A stretch of DNA of 64,000 bases from Alphaproteobacteria bacterium (GTDB taxonomy: Bacteria; Pseudomonadota; Alphaproteobacteria; MPNO01). Positions 27,655 to 37,296 of the stretch are shown here, in pieces (position 1 is the stretch's first letter; each line of letters opens with the position of its first letter). The stretch spans positions 832,001 to 896,000 of the forward strand of contig OZ219865.1 in the NCBI GenBank assembly GCA_964291675.2. The letters run 5' to 3'. The notes under the pieces are model-generated. The model was not told the DNA's origin and did no database searches. It worked only from the letters and a program-made list of their open reading frames with translations. The translations under genes and the position numbers were made by a program.

Positions 27655-28179
27655 TCAGTCGGCGGGCGCGGCGGCGTGGCCCTGCGCGGCCCAGGCCAGG
27701 GTGAGGCCGATGCTCCGTCCGGCGGCGAGGCGCGCGCACTCCACGGCGAGCACCAGGCTCTGGAACCCGGCCGCCGCCGCCAGCACCCAGTAGAACGGCT
27801 GGAACGGGATCTCGATCATGTTGGTCGCGCGGTTGAACAGCTCCGCGTCGTCACCCTCGATCCAGCCCCGCCAGGCCAGCAGGACGAAGATCGCGATGCC
27901 GATCGACCGCACCGCGAGATCGCGCGCCGCCGTCAGCGCCCGCGCGCCGTAGTCGGGGATGAGATCGACCACGATGTGGCCGCCGACGCGCCAGGTGAAG
28001 GGGAAGGCCAGCGAGATCACCAGCACCATCCCCATCTCCAGCAAATCCTTGCCGCCGAGGATCGGCGCATCGAACAGGTAGCGCAGAATCACGTCGACGA
28101 AGGTGAGCCCGATCAGCCCGAGCAGGGCCGCGCCGGCGGCCAGCGCGAGAGCCGCGCAGAGGATGTCGAGCGCTCTCAC
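27655..28179 (-). CDS. dctQ: TRAP transporter small permease DctQ
   Basis: DVILRYLFDAPI, GHIVVD, 4 TM segments, between dctP and dctM. Confidence 0.9.
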   Translation of the reverse strand: MRALDILCAALALAAGAALLGLIGLTFVDVILRYLFDAPILGGKDLLEMGMVLVISLAFPFTWRVGGHIVVDLIPDYGARALTAARDLAVRSIGIAIFVLLAWRGWIEGDDAELFNRATNMIEIPFQPFYWVLAAAAGFQSLVLAVECARLAAGRSIGLTLAWAAQGHAAAPAD

Positions 28180-28206
28180 CGCCGCGCGGCTCGCGCCCGG
28201 GCGCGG

Positions 28207-29208
28207 TCAGTTCTTCATCGCCTCGACCACCCGGCTCGCCGGCAGCCCCCTGCCGTCGAGTTCCTTGAGCACCCCGGCGACGGCGGCGGCGGCGCGCGCA
28301 TCGAACGCCTTGCGCGCCTCCGGCGTCAGCTCGATCACGGTCTTGCCGGGCGCCGCGCGGAACTTGGTCAGCGCGATGTCGCCGAACTTGGCAAGCAGCG
28401 CGGCCGAGCGCAGGCTGATGCCGAGGCCGGTGAGCTTGTCGAGCGCCGCCCGGTGGCCGGCCGGGAGCTCGTTATAGGCATCCTCGTTCATCACCATGAA
28501 GATCGTCGTCGGCATCTCGGGCAGGCCGATGGTGACGTATTTGGAGGTCTCGATCAGCTTGAAGATCAGCAGCGAGTCCACGCCCATCAGCGCGCCGTCG
28601 ACCACGCCGGTGCTCATCGACGTATAGACCTTGGTCGCCGGCATCGGCACCGGCGTCGCGCCGTAGGCGGCGACCACGGAAGCCGCCGACCTGGAGGCGA
28701 CGCGCAGCTTCATCCCCTTGAGATCGGCGAGCGTCCGCACCGGCTTGTCGCGCATCATGAACACCGCGGGCGGGGTGACGAACAGGGCCAGCGGGACGGT
28801 GCGCTTGAACTCGTCGCGCAAATGGGCGTCCATCGTCTTCCACAGCTTGCGCGTCGCATCCTCGGACCCGGCGGTGACGCCGGGGAGCTCGATCAGCAGC
28901 GTCTTGGGGAAGGCCGAGGAGGTATAGCCCGGCAGGCCGTAGGAGATCTCGGCGATGCGCCGCACCGCGCGCTGGTATTGCTCGACCGGACCCTTGCCGA
29001 GGGCGCCCGCGGCGTAGACCTTCATCTTGACCGCGCCGCCGGTCGCCGCTGCGAGATCGTCGCCGAGCTTGAGAAACACCGGCTTGTGCAGGATGTACTG
29101 CGTCGGCACGAAGCTCGCGAATTTGAGCACCGTCTCGGCCGCCGCCGGCGCGTGCAGCCAGGCCAGCGTCAAGAGCAGAGCTGTTGCGCCAAAGGCCGAT
29201 TTTCTCAT
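28207..29208 (-). CDS. dctP: TRAP transporter substrate-binding protein DctP
   Basis: Signal peptide, DLKGMKLR, GATPVPMP, GVVDG. Confidence 0.92.
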   Translation of the reverse strand: MRKSAFGATALLLTLAWLHAPAAAETVLKFASFVPTQYILHKPVFLKLGDDLAAATGGAVKMKVYAAGALGKGPVEQYQRAVRRIAEISYGLPGYTSSAFPKTLLIELPGVTAGSEDATRKLWKTMDAHLRDEFKRTVPLALFVTPPAVFMMRDKPVRTLADLKGMKLRVASRSAASVVAAYGATPVPMPATKVYTSMSTGVVDGALMGVDSLLIFKLIETSKYVTIGLPEMPTTIFMVMNEDAYNELPAGHRAALDKLTGLGISLRSAALLAKFGDIALTKFRAAPGKTVIELTPEARKAFDARAAAAVAGVLKELDGRGLPASRVVEAMKN

Positions 29209-29314
29209 CGTCTCTTCTCCTTCAACTCCGACTCCAAGGGGATTCGATTCGAACCGTATCCGATCGGCCGGCGGGTGTCGAACGACGCGGCGGATGCCCC
29301 AGGCTCGCTCTCGG

Positions 29315-30502
29315 CTACGCGGCCGAGCCCGGCCACAAGCGCTGCGTGGCGATCCGCGCGCCCTCCGCCAGGGCCTCGAACTTGGCCCAGACGACCGAGG
29401 TGGCGACCTGCGGCTCGGCGGCGGCGAAGGTGCCGAAGCCGCAATCGGCGCCGGCGATCACCCGCTCGCGTCCTACGATGCCGGCGTAGCGGCACAGCCG
29501 CTGGGCGATCAGCCGGGGGTGCTCGACGAAATTCGACGTGGAATCGATCACGCCCGGGATCAGCACCTTGTCGGCGGGGATGTCGCCGCGGGCGAGGTCC
29601 TCCCATTCGTGCTCGTGGCGCGGGTTGGCGCCCTCGAACAGGAAGCCGGCCGGGCGCGCCTTCATGCAGATCGGCAGCACGCTCGCCAGCGCCACGTCAT
29701 GGGTGTGCGGGCCCTCGTAATTGCCCCAGCAGATATGCAGCCGCATGCGGTCGGCGGGGATGCCGGCGGTGGCGTGGTTGACCGCCTCGACATTGCGCTC
29801 GGCGATCCTGAGGAACGCCCTCTCGTCGAGATGCTGGTACTGGTTGTGCCGCGCCGAGCCGAGATCGGGGCAATCGATCTGCAACAGAAACCCGGCGTCC
29901 ACGATCGCCTCGTACTCGGTCTTCATCGCATCGGCGAGCGCCGCCACGTAGGCGTCCTCGCTGGGGTAGTGGGCGTTGGGCACGAACTTGGTCAAAACGC
30001 CCGGCGAGGCCGCGTTCATGAACGCCTCGGTCGGCGCGGCGGCGGCGACCGCCTCGCCGAGATTGGCCAGGTCGCGCTCCAGCGGACCGCGATCGGCATA
30101 GGCGACCGGCCCGATGCAGCAGGGGCGCTCGAACGCCCCGATCCATTGCCCCTGCGAGGCGCGCACCCGGTCGTGAAAATCGGGATGGTCCAGCAGGTCG
30201 CGGCCCGGCAGCGCGCCGGTGCCGCGATCGATTTCGGGTCCGGCGGCGCCGATGCCGTCCAGCCGGTGCTTGACGTAGAAGGTGTAGGCGATCTTGCTCA
30301 TCTCGCCGTCGCTGACGATGTCGATCCCGGCATCGACCTGCCGCGCGACCGCTGCCGCGACCGCGGCCCGCGCCGCCGCCTCGAGCTCGGCCGCATCGTG
30401 CTCCAGGCCCCGCTCCTCGTCCTCCAGCAGCGCCAGCAGGCCGTCCGGCCTCGGCAGGCTGCCGACATGGGTGGTCAGGATGCGATCGGTGCCGAGCTTC
30501 AA
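29315..30502 (-). CDS. Cobalamin-independent methionine synthase II family (single-barrel MetE/XecA-like Zn enzyme)
   Basis: TTHVGSLPRP, SDGEMSK, HICWGNY (HxC), DCGF. TTG start. Confidence 0.88.
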   Translation of the reverse strand: MKLGTDRILTTHVGSLPRPDGLLALLEDEERGLEHDAAELEAAARAAVAAAVARQVDAGIDIVSDGEMSKIAYTFYVKHRLDGIGAAGPEIDRGTGALPGRDLLDHPDFHDRVRASQGQWIGAFERPCCIGPVAYADRGPLERDLANLGEAVAAAAPTEAFMNAASPGVLTKFVPNAHYPSEDAYVAALADAMKTEYEAIVDAGFLLQIDCPDLGSARHNQYQHLDERAFLRIAERNVEAVNHATAGIPADRMRLHICWGNYEGPHTHDVALASVLPICMKARPAGFLFEGANPRHEHEWEDLARGDIPADKVLIPGVIDSTSNFVEHPRLIAQRLCRYAGIVGRERVIAGADCGFGTFAAAEPQVATSVVWAKFEALAEGARIATQRLWPGSAA

Positions 30503-30576
30503 TTTCGCGCCCTCCTGCGTCCCGGGCGAAAACAGACCGACGACCTTTCGAGATCGCCGCTAGCCCGGAACGGCCG

Positions 30577-31101
30577 TCAATCGGCGTGGCTTCGCGCCGG
30601 GTTCACGTGGCCGCAGTCCGGGCAGGTCCGCAGCGCCGGATCGGCGGCATATTCCTCCAGCACGCCGTTGACGCCCTGCTCCAGCCCGGCCACCTGGATC
30701 TCCCGCCGGTGCACCCGGGCGTCGCATTTCTCGCAGAACCATTCGAAGGCGTCGATGACGCCGGGCGCGCGGGTGCGCTCCACGATCAGCCCGATCGTGT
30801 CGGCGCCGCGCTGCGGGGAATGCAGCACGTGCGGCGGAAGCAGGAAGATCTCGCCCTCCCGGATCGGGATGTCCCGGCGCGCGCCGTCGTCGATCACCCT
30901 GAGCGTCATGTCGCCTCTGAGCTGGAAGAACAGCTCCTCGAGCGGGTCGTCGTGATAGTCGGGCCGTTGGTTCGGGCCGCCGACGACGGTCACGATGAAA
31001 TCCGCATCGGCCCAGATCGTCCGCCCGCCCGCGGGCGGCTTGAGCTCGTCCCGGTGCTCCTCGATCCATCCGGCCAGGTTGAGCGGCATCGCCAGGGCCA
31101 T
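30577..31101 (-). CDS. nbaC: 3-hydroxyanthranilate 3,4-dioxygenase
   Basis: VGGPNQRPDYH, EELFFQ, HSPQR, rubredoxin-like CEKC...CPDC. Confidence 0.92.
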   Translation of the reverse strand: MALAMPLNLAGWIEEHRDELKPPAGGRTIWADADFIVTVVGGPNQRPDYHDDPLEELFFQLRGDMTLRVIDDGARRDIPIREGEIFLLPPHVLHSPQRGADTIGLIVERTRAPGVIDAFEWFCEKCDARVHRREIQVAGLEQGVNGVLEEYAADPALRTCPDCGHVNPARSHAD

Positions 31102-31204
31102 CGATCTTCTCCCGAACGAATCGGCGGACCAGGACACTATGCCGGGTCTTCCGGGGAGTCCAACCGCGCCGATCCGTTCGACGGCCGCGCGCCGGCGGTC
31201 CGCC

Positions 31205-32443
31205 TTACCCGGCGGCCAGCCTGACCAGGGTCTCGGCCAGCACCCTGGCGCCATCGGCGAGGTCGGAGGGGGATGCGTTCTCGGCTTCGTTGTGGCTGAT
31301 CCCCTTCTCGCAAGGGACGAAGATCATGCCGGTCGGGCAGACATGGCTGAGCTGGCGCGCATCGTGCCCGGCCCCGGAGAAGATGCGCATGTGGCCGAGC
31401 CCGAGATCTTCGGCCGCCGCTTCGACGGTGTCGACCACCCTGTCGTCGAAGCGGATCGAGGGCGCCTCGGCGATGGTCCAGCTCTCGAAGCCGCAGGCAA
31501 GCGACGCGCCGCGGCAGATCTTCGCGACCCCGGCTTCGAGCGCCGCGAGCGTTTCGCTGTCGGGGTGGCGGATGTCGATCGAGAACAGCACGTCCGCGGC
31601 GACCACCGAGGGCACGTTGGGCCGGATCTCCATCATGCCGACGGTGAAGCGGTGCTCTTCGGTGCGATGCATGTTGCGCTGCAGCGCATCGATCATCCGC
31701 GCCGCCTCCCACAGCGCGTCGCGGCGCGCCGACAGGGGCGTGGTGCCGGCATGCGCCTCCTCGCCCGTCACCCGGACGCGCATGCGCCGCACCCCCTGGA
31801 TCCCGGTCACCACGCCGATGGGCAGCCCGGCGCGTTCGAGCGCCGGACCCTGCTCGATATGCGCCTCGACGAAGGCGGCGACGGGAAACCCGATCCCGCG
31901 CGGTTCCGCGCCCGGCGTGGCGGCGAGCGCGCGCGGCAGCTCGTCGGCGACGCTCACCCCCGCGCGGTCGGTTACCGCGAGGATGTCGTCGAGCGGGCGC
32001 AGGCCGCAAAACGCCTCCGATCCCATCATGCCCGGCGCGAAGCGCGAGCCCTCCTCGTTGAGCCAGGCCACCGCCTCGATCGGCCGCGCGGTCTCGATCC
32101 CGGCAGCGTCCAGCGCCTGCAACGCCTCCAGCGCGGCGAGCACCCCGTAGGCGCCGTCGAACTTGCCGCCGGTCGGCTGGCTGTCGATATGCGATCCGGT
32201 CAGCACCGGGGCGAGGGTCGGGTCGGTGCCCTCGCGCCGGACGAACAGGTTGGAGATGCCGTCGACCGTTACAAGGTAGCCGAGCTCCCCCGCCCATTCG
32301 GCGAGCAGGGCGCGGGCGCGCGCCTCCTCGGCGCTCAGCGCCTGGCGGTTGACCCCGCCCTTCTCGGTCGCGCCGATCCGGGCCAGCGCCATGTGGCGCT
32401 GCCAGAGCCGCTCCTCGTCGACCGCGGCGGCGGCTGCGCTCAC
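31205..32443 (-). CDS. M20 Zn amidohydrolase (N-carbamoyl-amino acid/allantoate amidohydrolase family)
   Basis: GSHIDSQPTGGKFDG, NEEGSRF, EAHIEQG, HAGTTP, GAGHDA, SHNEAE. GTG start overlaps the upstream stop. Confidence 0.9.
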   Translation of the reverse strand: MSAAAAAVDEERLWQRHMALARIGATEKGGVNRQALSAEEARARALLAEWAGELGYLVTVDGISNLFVRREGTDPTLAPVLTGSHIDSQPTGGKFDGAYGVLAALEALQALDAAGIETARPIEAVAWLNEEGSRFAPGMMGSEAFCGLRPLDDILAVTDRAGVSVADELPRALAATPGAEPRGIGFPVAAFVEAHIEQGPALERAGLPIGVVTGIQGVRRMRVRVTGEEAHAGTTPLSARRDALWEAARMIDALQRNMHRTEEHRFTVGMMEIRPNVPSVVAADVLFSIDIRHPDSETLAALEAGVAKICRGASLACGFESWTIAEAPSIRFDDRVVDTVEAAAEDLGLGHMRIFSGAGHDARQLSHVCPTGMIFVPCEKGISHNEAENASPSDLADGARVLAETLVRLAAG

Positions 32444-33336
32444 CCGCCGGGCTCCGCGTCGTGGAAGCCGGACAGCAGCGCCGAGGCGCCCTGCGCGAAG
32501 GGGCGTGCGGTCCAGCGCCCGGCCTCGACGGTGGCGAAGAAATCGGCGAGCGCCTGGTTGAACAGCGCCGGCTCCTCCAGGTTCACCGCATGCCCGGTCT
32601 TGGGCAGGATCAGCAGCGCCGCCGTCGGTATGGTGCGCTTGAGGTAGATCCCGGGCTCCAGGCACCAGTCGTCCTCGTCGCCGGCGACCACCAGCGCCGG
32701 CACCGACATCTCCGCGAGCCCGTCCAGGCGCCACAGCGAGGGGCGGTGCTTCTGCACCCCCCGCATGGTGCGCGCCGAGCCTGCGGTGGAGTGCTCGGCG
32801 AGCTGGTCGCGGAACTCGGCCCAGCCGCGCGGGTCCTTCTCCTTCAGCTGCAGGCGGTAGGCGCCGCTGGCGTAGATCTCCGCCACCTCGGCGGCGCCGC
32901 GCGTCTCGTACTCGACCGCGATGGCCTCCGAATCGAGGGCGTATTGCGCGCTCTCCTCGGGCTTGGCGCCATAGCCGCAGGCGCCGACCACGATGGAGCG
33001 CGCCATGTCGGCATAGCGCAGCCCGAAATGGAGCGCCGCGAACCCGCCCATCGACATGCCGACGACATGCGCGCGCCCGATGCCGGCGCCCCGCATCACG
33101 GCGGCGATGTCGTCGGTCGCGATATCCTGCGAGTAGAGCGCCTGGTCGTCCGGCACCTCGGACGGCGGGTAGCCGCGCGCGTTGAAGGCGATGCAGCGGT
33201 AGCGGCGCGAGAAGTGTCGGACCTGCGGCTCCCAGCTTCGGCAGTCGCCGGCGAATTCGTGGACGAAGACGATGGCATCGCCCGCGCCCGCCTCCTCGTA
33301 GTAGAGCCTCGCCCCGTCGGCCTGGGCGAACGGCAT
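32440..33336 (-). CDS. Alpha/beta hydrolase
   Basis: FVHEFAG, RGYPPS, GMSMG, TGHAVNLEEP. Confidence 0.88.
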   Translation of the reverse strand: MPFAQADGARLYYEEAGAGDAIVFVHEFAGDCRSWEPQVRHFSRRYRCIAFNARGYPPSEVPDDQALYSQDIATDDIAAVMRGAGIGRAHVVGMSMGGFAALHFGLRYADMARSIVVGACGYGAKPEESAQYALDSEAIAVEYETRGAAEVAEIYASGAYRLQLKEKDPRGWAEFRDQLAEHSTAGSARTMRGVQKHRPSLWRLDGLAEMSVPALVVAGDEDDWCLEPGIYLKRTIPTAALLILPKTGHAVNLEEPALFNQALADFFATVEAGRWTARPFAQGASALLSGFHDAEPGG

Positions 33337-33376
33337 CGGCGCCTCCCTTCAGTTCACCATGGAACGCACGCGGCCA

Positions 33377-33494
33377 GCCGTCCTTCGATACGCGGCTTCG
33401 CCGCTACTCAGGATGAGGGTGGGGCGTGGGGCAGCCCCGATCACCCGCCCTCATCCTGAGTAGCCCGCCGGAGGCGGGCGTATCGAAGGACGGC
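33377..33494. repeat. REP-like inverted repeat pair, family A
   Basis: GCCGTCCTTCGATACG...GGATGAGG and CCTCATCCTGAG...TATCGAAGGACGGC. Confidence 0.85.
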
Positions 33495-33526
33495 CGCGCG
33501 GCACTCCCATCCATAACGGATACTCC

Positions 33527-34525
33527 CTACCGCTCGGCACCGGTCGTGGTCCGGGTGAGCTTGGCGCGGCGGTACTGCCAGGCGACCACCGGTTCGTGCT
33601 TCGGCGGCTCGCCCGGGACGCGGCAGCTCTCGATGCATTCGATCACCGCGTCGTAGTTGGGCTGGACGAAGAAGGCGACCGACTGGCGCCTGGCGCCGCC
33701 GGAGGCATCGGCCGGCGGGTTGACCACGCGGTGGAAGTTGGAAAGCCAGCGGTCGTTGGTCCAGGTCATCAGCAGATCGCCGATATTGACCACATAGGAG
33801 CCGGGCGGCGGCGACACGTCGACCCAGCGCCCCGAAAGGTCGCGCACCTGGAGTCCGCCGGGGGCGTCGTCGACCATGAGCAGCGTATGCGAGCCGAAAT
33901 CGGTGTGCGCGCCGCAGCGCAGCTGTCCAGGCACCGGCGGGGCGTCCTGCTCGGGATAGTCGATGGCACGCAATATCGAGGCGTGGCGGTCGAAATGGCG
34001 TTGCAGGAATCCCTCTTCCAGCCCGAGGGCGCATTCGAAGATCGCGAGCAGCAGCGCGTTCAGCCCTTCGAGCGCGGCGTAATACTCGCGCGCGGTCTCG
34101 GCCAGCCCCTCCACCTCGGTGGGCAGGATGTTGGGCTCGTAGGCGTAGGCCGCCTCGGGATCGCTGAAATAGGGATCGTCGTCAGGCACGTCGAAGCGGC
34201 CGAAGCCGAAGGTCTCGCGCCAGTCCGGCGGCGAGGCCCCGCCGGCCGAGGCGGCGACGAAATCCCGTCCGTAAGGCAGATAGCCCCGGTTCTTGCTGTT
34301 GGCCGTGGCGCCGTATTTCGCCTTCGCGTCCCCTGGCAGGTCGAAGAAGGCGGCGAGCCGCGCCTGGGTCCGCCGCATGAGGTCTTCGGGAACGCCGTGC
34401 CCGGTGACGGCGAAGAAGCCGATGGTCTCCACCGCCCGGGCCACCGCGCCGGCGATGTCCCGCCGTTCGGCTTCGCCGCCGCGGGCGAAGCCGGAAATGT
34501 CGATCCGCGGGACGCCGACGCCCAT
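33527..34525 (-). CDS. 2OG-Fe(II) oxygenase, isopenicillin N synthase family
   Basis: PRIDIS, GFFAVTGHGV, HTD, HRV, RQS motifs. Confidence 0.9.
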   Translation of the reverse strand: MGVGVPRIDISGFARGGEAERRDIAGAVARAVETIGFFAVTGHGVPEDLMRRTQARLAAFFDLPGDAKAKYGATANSKNRGYLPYGRDFVAASAGGASPPDWRETFGFGRFDVPDDDPYFSDPEAAYAYEPNILPTEVEGLAETAREYYAALEGLNALLLAIFECALGLEEGFLQRHFDRHASILRAIDYPEQDAPPVPGQLRCGAHTDFGSHTLLMVDDAPGGLQVRDLSGRWVDVSPPPGSYVVNIGDLLMTWTNDRWLSNFHRVVNPPADASGGARRQSVAFFVQPNYDAVIECIESCRVPGEPPKHEPVVAWQYRRAKLTRTTTGAER

Positions 34526-34536
34526 CCCCCCTCCCC

Positions 34537-35676
34537 TCAATAGAGCGCGCGCCCGCTGCGCCCGCGGTCGATCGCGGCGGCGGTAAGCCCGGGCAGCAGC
34601 GCGCAGAACCTGGCCGCATCCTCCTGCTGCACGGTGGTCGACACCTTGACGAAGCGGTCGGCGAACAGCTTCGACTGGTAGGCCGCCTGGCGGATCATGA
34701 TGCCCTGTTCGAGATACAGCTCGCAGAGCGTCTCCGGCGCGATCCCCGCGGCGCTCACGTCGATCGCCACGAAATTCCCGTTCGACGGGTAGACCGGCAT
34801 GTCGAGCCCGTTGATCGGCCGCACCGCCTCGTAAATCGCGTGCTGGTTGGCGCGCTGGATGCGGTTGACCTCGGGGAACCATTCGTCCCGGGTCCGCAGC
34901 CCGGCGATCGCGCCCCGCTGCGAGACCAAATTGGAGCCGAGGCTGTTGGGCTGGCCGTCGGACAGCATCTCGATTACCGACGGGCGGGCCATCAGGCCGC
35001 CCACCCGGAGCCCGGCGAGGCCGAGCCACTTGGAGAAGCTGTAGGTGGTGACGGTCTTCTCCGGGTAGTGGCGCCAGGCGAGCGTGTGGTCGTGCGCGAA
35101 ATGGCGGTAGGTGCAGTCGTGGATCAGCCAGGCCCCGGCCTCGCGCGCGATATTGGCGAAGGCCGCGATCTCGTCCGCCGAATAGCCGATTCCGAGCGGG
35201 TTGAGCGGATCGATCAGGTAGATCAGCCCGGCCCCGCCGGCCGCCACCGCCTCGGCAAGCTGGCCGGGCGTCAGCCTGAAACCCTGCTCGGCGCGGTAGA
35301 TGGGGAGCGCCACCACCTCGGCGCCCGACAGCCGGGAGAAGGCTTCCGGCCAAGGCCAGCCGGGGTCGGTCGCGATCATCCGCTGGCCGGGGCGCAGCAC
35401 GTGGCGGCAGGCATGGTACAGCCCCTCGACCGCGCCGTCGGTGATCAGCACGTCGGCATCCTCGACCGCGAAATCTTCCAGGATCAGCCGGCGCAGCTCC
35501 TCCAGCCCGGTCGGCGGCGCGTAGGCGTGGTAGTCCTCATGCTCGATCGCTTCGATCATCGCGCGCTTGACCGCGGGGTGGGTGGGCAGGTGGTTGGTGT
35601 TCTGCCCCATCCAGACCGTCCCGCGCCGTTGCGCGAGCGCCTCGAAATGCCGGTTCCGCTCCTGGTAAGGTTGCAT
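34537..35676 (-). CDS. PLP-dependent aminotransferase class I/II
   Basis: PLNPLG, HDCTY, SFSKWLGLAGLRVG (PLP Lys). Confidence 0.88.
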   Translation of the reverse strand: MQPYQERNRHFEALAQRRGTVWMGQNTNHLPTHPAVKRAMIEAIEHEDYHAYAPPTGLEELRRLILEDFAVEDADVLITDGAVEGLYHACRHVLRPGQRMIATDPGWPWPEAFSRLSGAEVVALPIYRAEQGFRLTPGQLAEAVAAGGAGLIYLIDPLNPLGIGYSADEIAAFANIAREAGAWLIHDCTYRHFAHDHTLAWRHYPEKTVTTYSFSKWLGLAGLRVGGLMARPSVIEMLSDGQPNSLGSNLVSQRGAIAGLRTRDEWFPEVNRIQRANQHAIYEAVRPINGLDMPVYPSNGNFVAIDVSAAGIAPETLCELYLEQGIMIRQAAYQSKLFADRFVKVSTTVQQEDAARFCALLPGLTAAAIDRGRSGRALY

Positions 35677-35768
35677 CGCGCAAGTGTAGAGCATAAGCGC
35701 CCGCGCCGCTGGAAAACGGAGGCGTCCCGGCGCTACCATGCGCATCGTCCAGAGCGCCGGGGGAGGAG

Positions 35769-36779
35769 ATGGCCGAGCACCCCGTACCCACCATCGACAT
35801 CGCGCCCTTCGTCGAGGGCGGCGAGGCGGGGCGCGACGCGGTGGCCCGCGCCGTCGGGCGCGCCTGCGAGGAGACCGGCTTCTTCGCGATCGTCGGCCAC
35901 GGCGTGGCGGAGGAGGAGATCGAGGCGCTGCGCGCCGAGGCCGTCCGTTTCTTCGCCCTGCCGGAAGAGCGCAAACGCCTCGTCGAGCGCCCGGCCGACC
36001 GCATCAGCCGGGGCTGGAATTCGCTCTGCGACCGCTCGCTCGCCTATTCGCTCGGCAAGGAGACCCCGCCCGATTTGCAGGAGAGCTTCGCCATGGGGCC
36101 GGTCGCGGTGCCGGACGAGCCCTACTTCACCTGCGAGCGTGCGCGCGCCTTCTTCGCGCCCAATCTCTGGCCGGAGGGGCGGCCCGCATTCCGCCGGGCG
36201 ATGGAGCGCTACTACCGGTCTATGGAGGGGCTCTCGCAGACGGTGATGCGCATCTTCGCCCGCGCGCTCGGGCGGGACGACGGCTATTTCGACGGCCGCA
36301 TCGACCGGCACTCGTCGAGCCTCCGCCTGATCCGCTACCCCGGGCGCGTCGACGGCGCGGCGGACGGCCAGCGCCGGGCGGGCGAACATCACGACTACGG
36401 ATCGCTCACCATCTTGCGCGGCGACAACCTGCCGGGCGGGCTCCAGGTCAAGCTGCGCCATGGCGGGTGGATCAACGTGGTCAGGCCCAACGGCGGGTTC
36501 ATCTGCAATATCGGCGACGCGATGATGCGCTGGACCAACGACCGCTGGGTGTCGACGCTGCACCGCGTCGGCCTGCCGGAAGGGCCGGACAGCCCCGACC
36601 GGATCTCGCTCGTGTTCTTCCACAACCCCAACTACGACGCCGAGATCCGCTGCATCGCGGCCGACGGCGAGGCGGCGCGCTACCCGCCGTCGGCTTTCGA
36701 TTCCTTCTATGTCGACAAGCTCAGGCGCGGCTCGTTCGGCGCCGCCATGCCGGCGGGGCTTGCAACGCGGGCCGACTGA
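35769..36779 (+). CDS. 2OG-Fe(II) oxygenase, isopenicillin N synthase family
   Basis: PTIDI, GFFAIVGHGV, HHD, HRV, RIS motifs. Confidence 0.9.
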   Translation: MAEHPVPTIDIAPFVEGGEAGRDAVARAVGRACEETGFFAIVGHGVAEEEIEALRAEAVRFFALPEERKRLVERPADRISRGWNSLCDRSLAYSLGKETPPDLQESFAMGPVAVPDEPYFTCERARAFFAPNLWPEGRPAFRRAMERYYRSMEGLSQTVMRIFARALGRDDGYFDGRIDRHSSSLRLIRYPGRVDGAADGQRRAGEHHDYGSLTILRGDNLPGGLQVKLRHGGWINVVRPNGGFICNIGDAMMRWTNDRWVSTLHRVGLPEGPDSPDRISLVFFHNPNYDAEIRCIAADGEAARYPPSAFDSFYVDKLRRGSFGAAMPAGLATRAD

Positions 36780-36933
36780 TGCCAAGAAAGCGCCGGATGG
36801 CGCAAAATACCAAGACGTATCTTGTTAGGCTCTAACCGCGTCTTATCAAGCTGCTCCTGGACTTGACCATCTCGATAACGTCCGCCGCGGGCGAGCGTCC
36901 GGGCGGATCGGCGACAACGCGAAAGGAGTAGCG

Positions 36934-37143
36934 ATGCCTACCGGTACGGTGAAATGGTTCAACGCGACGAAGGGCTACGGCTTTATTCAGCCGAGCGACG
37001 GGTCGAAGGACGCCTTCGTGCATATCTCCGCGGTCGAGCGGGCGGGCCTCAACGGCCTTCGCGAAGGCCAGAAGATCGAGTACGAACTCGTCCCGGGCCG
37101 CGACGGCCGGACGTCCGCGGAGAACCTCGTCGCCCTCGACTGA
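36934..37143 (+). CDS. cspA: Cold-shock protein (CspA family)
   Basis: GTVKWFNATKGYGFI, AFVHISAV. AAGGAG RBS and a long AT-richer leader. Confidence 0.95.
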   Translation: MPTGTVKWFNATKGYGFIQPSDGSKDAFVHISAVERAGLNGLREGQKIEYELVPGRDGRTSAENLVALD

Positions 37144-37201
37144 CCGGCCGGGGCGGGTGCCCCGCGCACCCGTCTCACGGCTTCCTTCCCTCCTTGACCG
37201 A

Positions 37202-37293
37202 TCCCTCGATGCGGCGTCTCGCGCCTGCTCGGGATGAAGAGAAGAACACAACCTCATCCTGAGTAGCGGCGAAGCCGCGTATCGAAGGACGGC
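37202..37293. repeat. REP-like inverted repeat pair, family A (left unit degenerate)
   Basis: CCTCATCCTGAGTAGC...CGTATCGAAGGACGG, between convergent genes. Confidence 0.8.
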
Positions 37294-37296
37294 GCC

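Noticed and set aside
29209-29314. Guanidine riboswitch upstream of the TRAP-DUF1989 genes
   Set aside because: No recognisable ykkC or mini-ykkC consensus
37151-37175. Intrinsic terminator after cspA
   Set aside because: A hairpin is present but there is no convincing U-tract
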